A stretch of DNA of 63,932 bases, the filler included, from Octopus bimaculoides (taxonomy: Eukaryota): the NCBI RefSeq assembly GCF_001194135.2. It is 5 parts of 4 records of this genome, joined end to end, with 100 filler letters (N's around TTAATTAATTAA, not from the genome) between each part and the next. Parts side by side here need not be neighbours in the genome. Positions count along the whole stretch, not along the records: positions 52,265 to 62,024 come from NC_068985.1; positions 62,125 to 63,932 come from NW_026361971.1; 3 more parts are not named here. The stretch is one strand, 5' to 3'. The notes under the pieces were generated by a model. The model was not told the origin of the DNA. It made no database searches and saw only the letters and a program-made list of their open reading frames with translations. A program made the translations under genes and the position numbers. Positions 60,300 through 63,932 of this stretch are shown here, in pieces; position 1 is the stretch's first letter; each line of letters starts with the position of its first letter.

Positions 60300-61500
60300 T
60301 ATAGCCGTACAGTGGTTATTTTTTCTAGTTGGTTCATTGGAACATGGCTTATGGCGTTTACTGTCATTATGCTCATTTTGGGTTGGAAGGGCGGGGCGTG
60401 TTAGTGTTATGTGTGCTAGTTGCATGTTTTTTTTTTCCTTACATGTGCTGGGACTTGTGAGGTTGGTATTTTTCTCTTTGTTAAAGAGTTATTCAATCAT
60501 TTTGGTTCTTTTCCCGTTTCTTTCATTTCAGCAACTGTCTCCGTCTCAGGGGCAACCTCCCTTGGAGTTGGGGTTGCTGTCGATTTTCAAGCAGGTAGGG
60601 GCACCAAAGCTTTTTCGAAAGGGTGGGGAGCACTCTGCTCTTATGTGGGCCATTTGGCCACATTTGCAGCAACTCGACTTCCTCCCCTCCACCATCACCA
60701 TGAACTTGGTTTTCTGCCCACCTGAATTGTGTCTGCAATTTCATCTAAATTTGTAGGGGCTGCTTGAATGAGCATTCTAGTCCCTGCCCCTGCCAATTTT
60801 GTTGCTCGATGTTTTGCCAATTTTGTTGCTCGATGTTTGTGGCTTAGAGGATGTTGGAATTTCTACCTTCACCTTGGAAGTGCGCCTTCGTTTGTCTTGA
60901 GGGAGGGGAGTCGTTTAATGTTGTCTGGCCTTGTCCTCAGTTTCAAACCGCACCTCCACCGTAGCAAATCTTTTTCCCCTGTCAAATTATACCATATTTT
61001 CCCAGATGGGCCTTAAACACTTTTCAGTTTGCTCTTTTGTAACCATATGCAATTTTTTTCTCTTTAATAGAGGTTTTAAAAATAGTTGTACGCCTAGTTA
61101 TGTTGTCGATAACTTCACTAGGTGTTAATTTCACTTTGTCTCTGGAATCGAAGTAAACCTTTAAATTTGCTAAGTTCATTTTTCTCAATTTTTAAATCTT
61201 TTCTTACGCCTGCTACAGCCGCAAAATTCTTTTTTATAATTCTTTTTTATATATGCTTACATTTTTGTTAATGTTAATTTTATCCATTTTCTTTTTTCTA
61301 ACAAATCTGTCTTCATTTCTTTCTCTAACGAATGCGCTATCTCATTCAAATCCTTCGACGACGACGTATTTATATCAGCTGAGCTTAACATTTCCAATTT
61401 TTTTAAAGGTTTCTCCCTTCAACAAGAGGAAAAACTTTAACAAGTTCTGCACAAAGCAGAACTAAGTGTTGTTAAACACAAAACAATTAAATTAACAATT
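60300..61500 (-). mobile_element. ORF1 remnant of the same LINE, with CCHC knuckle
   Basis: FMVMVEGRKSSCCKCGQMAHIRAEC (CX2CX4HX4C) at about 60630-60705, upstream of and co-oriented with the endonuclease. Boundaries approximate. Confidence 0.65.
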
Positions 61501-62024
61501 TCAGTATAAACAGTTCTACTCACAAAGGAAACGCCGTCGTTCAACTCTAAAATGGGAGGGTACTTGCGAGCTGAGGGTCACGATAAAGCCCTCAAAGATC
61601 TGTCGTAAAATACTTGCGGAGTGGGCCTATATCATTTGGGAATTCACTTTCAATATTTGATAGTTCATGTGATCGATTTTGTAAAGTCTTATATTTTGGG
61701 GAACATCCCATTGAATGGCTCCCCCCGTGGGCGTCTCTTTTATTTTTACTAGAAGTCGTTGGTCAGATGTTTTAACCGCCATAAGGTTATTCTAACTTTG
61801 TTTTGAAGGCCGAGGTTCGGGGGCGTAAATTTTCTGGTTGTGTTGTTTATTTTTTTTTTATCTGTGAAGGATTTGTGGGTGGGTTTTGGGGACTTTTTCA
61901 TTTTTTTTTTCGTGTTTTTGTTTGCTACCCCACTTCATGTTCTGAGGTGGTTTTGTTCATTTCTACCCTCCCCCCCTCTGTAGACTCTGCGTCTAGGGGA
62001 GGGTTCTTCCGTTTCGGTTAATGT

Positions 62025-62124
62025 NNNNNNNNNNNNNNNNNNNNNNNNNNNNNNNNNNNNNNNNNNNNTTAATTAATTAANNNNNNNNNNNNNNNNNNNN
62101 NNNNNNNNNNNNNNNNNNNNNNNN
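62025..62124. other. Artificial scaffold spacer (N-TTAATTAATTAA-N, 100 bp)
   Basis: Same layout as 20526-20625. Confidence 0.9.
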
Positions 62125-62640
62125 CAGCATGGCCGCAGTCAAATGACTGAAACAAGTAAAAAGAAAAAGAAAAAGAATACGTAGATACATATATGTATAC
62201 ATGCATTCATAAAGTATGTGCATTCACACTACCAAAACATGTAGACAATATGAATGTAATAATTAGTGCAGGCTTCACTTTATTTTACCCCGCCGCCACC
62301 ACCTTACTACATGTAATCTCAAAGACAGAGACAACAGATATGCAAGTGTTCGCAAACCATCTGCATATGTTGAGGTTGCTTGTTGTAGTTCAGTAGTTGC
62401 TTTGGCCAACTGCCAGAAGCAAGGCTGGCTAAATACAAACTGTGTCTGTGTTGAGAGAGAATTTAGTAGAGACAAGGACAAAGTGACTTAATATTTCAGT
62501 CCTTTCAAATGAAAGAATCACGAGTTCAAATCTCGCTAGTACTGTTGTATACAGTTGGCAAGTCAAATTACCATCAAAAACTCTTCTTCAGGAAAACAAT
62601 CTACTAAACGACGTTCTAATCTTATTTCATATTCTTTATT

Positions 62641-62822
62641 CTTTTGTTTTGCTTGTCATTTGACTGCGGCCATGCTGGAGCACCGCCTTTAGTCGAGCAA
62701 ATCGACCCCAGGACTTATTCCTTGTAAGCCTAGTACTTATTCTATCAGTCTCTTTTGCCGAACTGCTAAATTATAACGTAAACACACCAGCATCGGCTGT
62801 CAAGCGATGTGGGGTGGGGCAA

Positions 62823-62859
<37 letters not shown>

Positions 62860-63258
62860 NNNNNNNNNNNNNNNNNNNNNNNNNNNNNNNNNNNNNNNNN
62901 NNNNNNNNNNNNNNNNNNNNNNNNNNNNNNNNNNNNNNNNNNNNNNNNNNNNNNNNNNNNNNNNNNNNNNNNNNNNNNNNNNNNNNNNNNNNNNNNNNNN
63001 NNNNNNNNNNNNNNNNNNNNNNNNNNNNNNNNNNNNNNNNNNNNNNNNNNNNNNNNNNNNNNNNNNNNNNNNNNNNNNNNNNNNNNNNNNTATATATGAC
63101 GAGCTTCTTTCAGTTTCTGTCTACCAAATCCACTCACAAGCCTTTGGTCGGCCCGAGGCTATAGTAGAAGACACTTTCCCAAGGTGCCTCACAGTGAGAC
63201 TGAACCCGGAACCATGTAGTTGGTAAACAAGCTACTAGCCATACAGCCACTCCTGCGC
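62641..63258 (-). mobile_element. Composite SINE S2 with internal microsatellite and gap
   Basis: 3' half 62641-62825, (CA)(TA)n and N gap, 5' half 63095-63258. Confidence 0.9.
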
Positions 63259-63436
63259 CTATATGCTAATTTTTGCTTTTCGTTTTTGTGCAGACGACTG
63301 CTAATACTGGAACCTAGCAATGAAAAGCAGATGAGTGAAAAATCAGTCCTACCATACCAAGACAGAATGCTGCTCTCTAGCAGTTAACATTCCTTGCTGA
63401 AACAATTTAGCTTTGCAGTGAAAATAAATGAATCTT

Positions 63437-63486
63437 GTTAATACTACAGCTCTACTACTAATTAGTGGTAGAGCTGTAGTATTAAC
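63437..63486. repeat. 50-bp near-perfect palindrome
   Basis: GTTAATACTACAGCTCTACTACTAATTAGTGGTAGAGCTGTAGTATTAAC; one G/T mismatch, no spacer. Confidence 0.9.
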
Positions 63487-63932
63487 CCCTACTCTATCAT
63501 AGCTATTTTCAGCTAAACCAACTGGTTTCTGCCGATTTAAGTATCTTGGTGAAGGACATAATACATGAATTAGACTATATTATCGTGTTTACAGCCAGGT
63601 GAACTGGACTATAGAGAACTAAGTACATTGACCACAAGGTAATGTCTAATGACCAGGTTTGTGGACTGAGCTTTTGAGAGTTTAATATTCTGGATAAGAA
63701 TATGGCACTTACATGGCACTAGGCGGATGGAAGTGTTTAGAGTCTTGTATCTTGGTCAGAGTACAGTGAAATATCATAGAACATGAAGTATGGATATATT
63801 CGAAATATGCAGAACCTGGACTTGCAGAAGAATTTGAAATATGGAGATTTTGGAAACACAAAGGGATTATAAAGAATTATAATCACTTTCATCATCATCA
63901 TCATCATCGTTTAACGTCCGCTTTCCATGCTA

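Overview
AT-rich, microsatellite-dense, gap-ridden animal genomic DNA. The SINE families look like those of octopus (inference from recognition, not a search). I find no intact host protein-coding gene, rRNA, true tRNA or CRISPR array, and nearly all listed ORFs are microsatellite or N-gap artefacts. Most of the window is decayed mobile DNA: four tRNA-headed SINE families (my labels S1-S4), Tc1/mariner/maT and hAT transposase remnants, MITEs, a Ty3/gypsy LTR element lacking protease-RT, L1/Tx1-like, CR1-like and HERO-type (RLE) LINE fragments, and several Penelope-like (GIY-YIG) pieces. Two signals stand out. (1) A set of minimal type-I hammerhead ribozyme folds read by eye: one with an intact core at 26.4 kb, two back-to-back inverted pairs at 31.4 and 47.9 kb, a recurrent U4C core variant, and remnants at 5.5, 31.2, 41.1 and 58.9 kb. 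(2) A roughly 4-5.5 kb repeat-free block (35.3-40.8 kb, + strand) that translates, across many stops and frameshifts, into LRR, LRRCT, TM and TIR motifs in the right order, i.e. one or more decayed intronless Toll-like receptor genes invisible in the ORF track. Four 100-bp N-TTAATTAATTAA-N spacers are artificial scaffold joins, so adjacency across them is uncertain.
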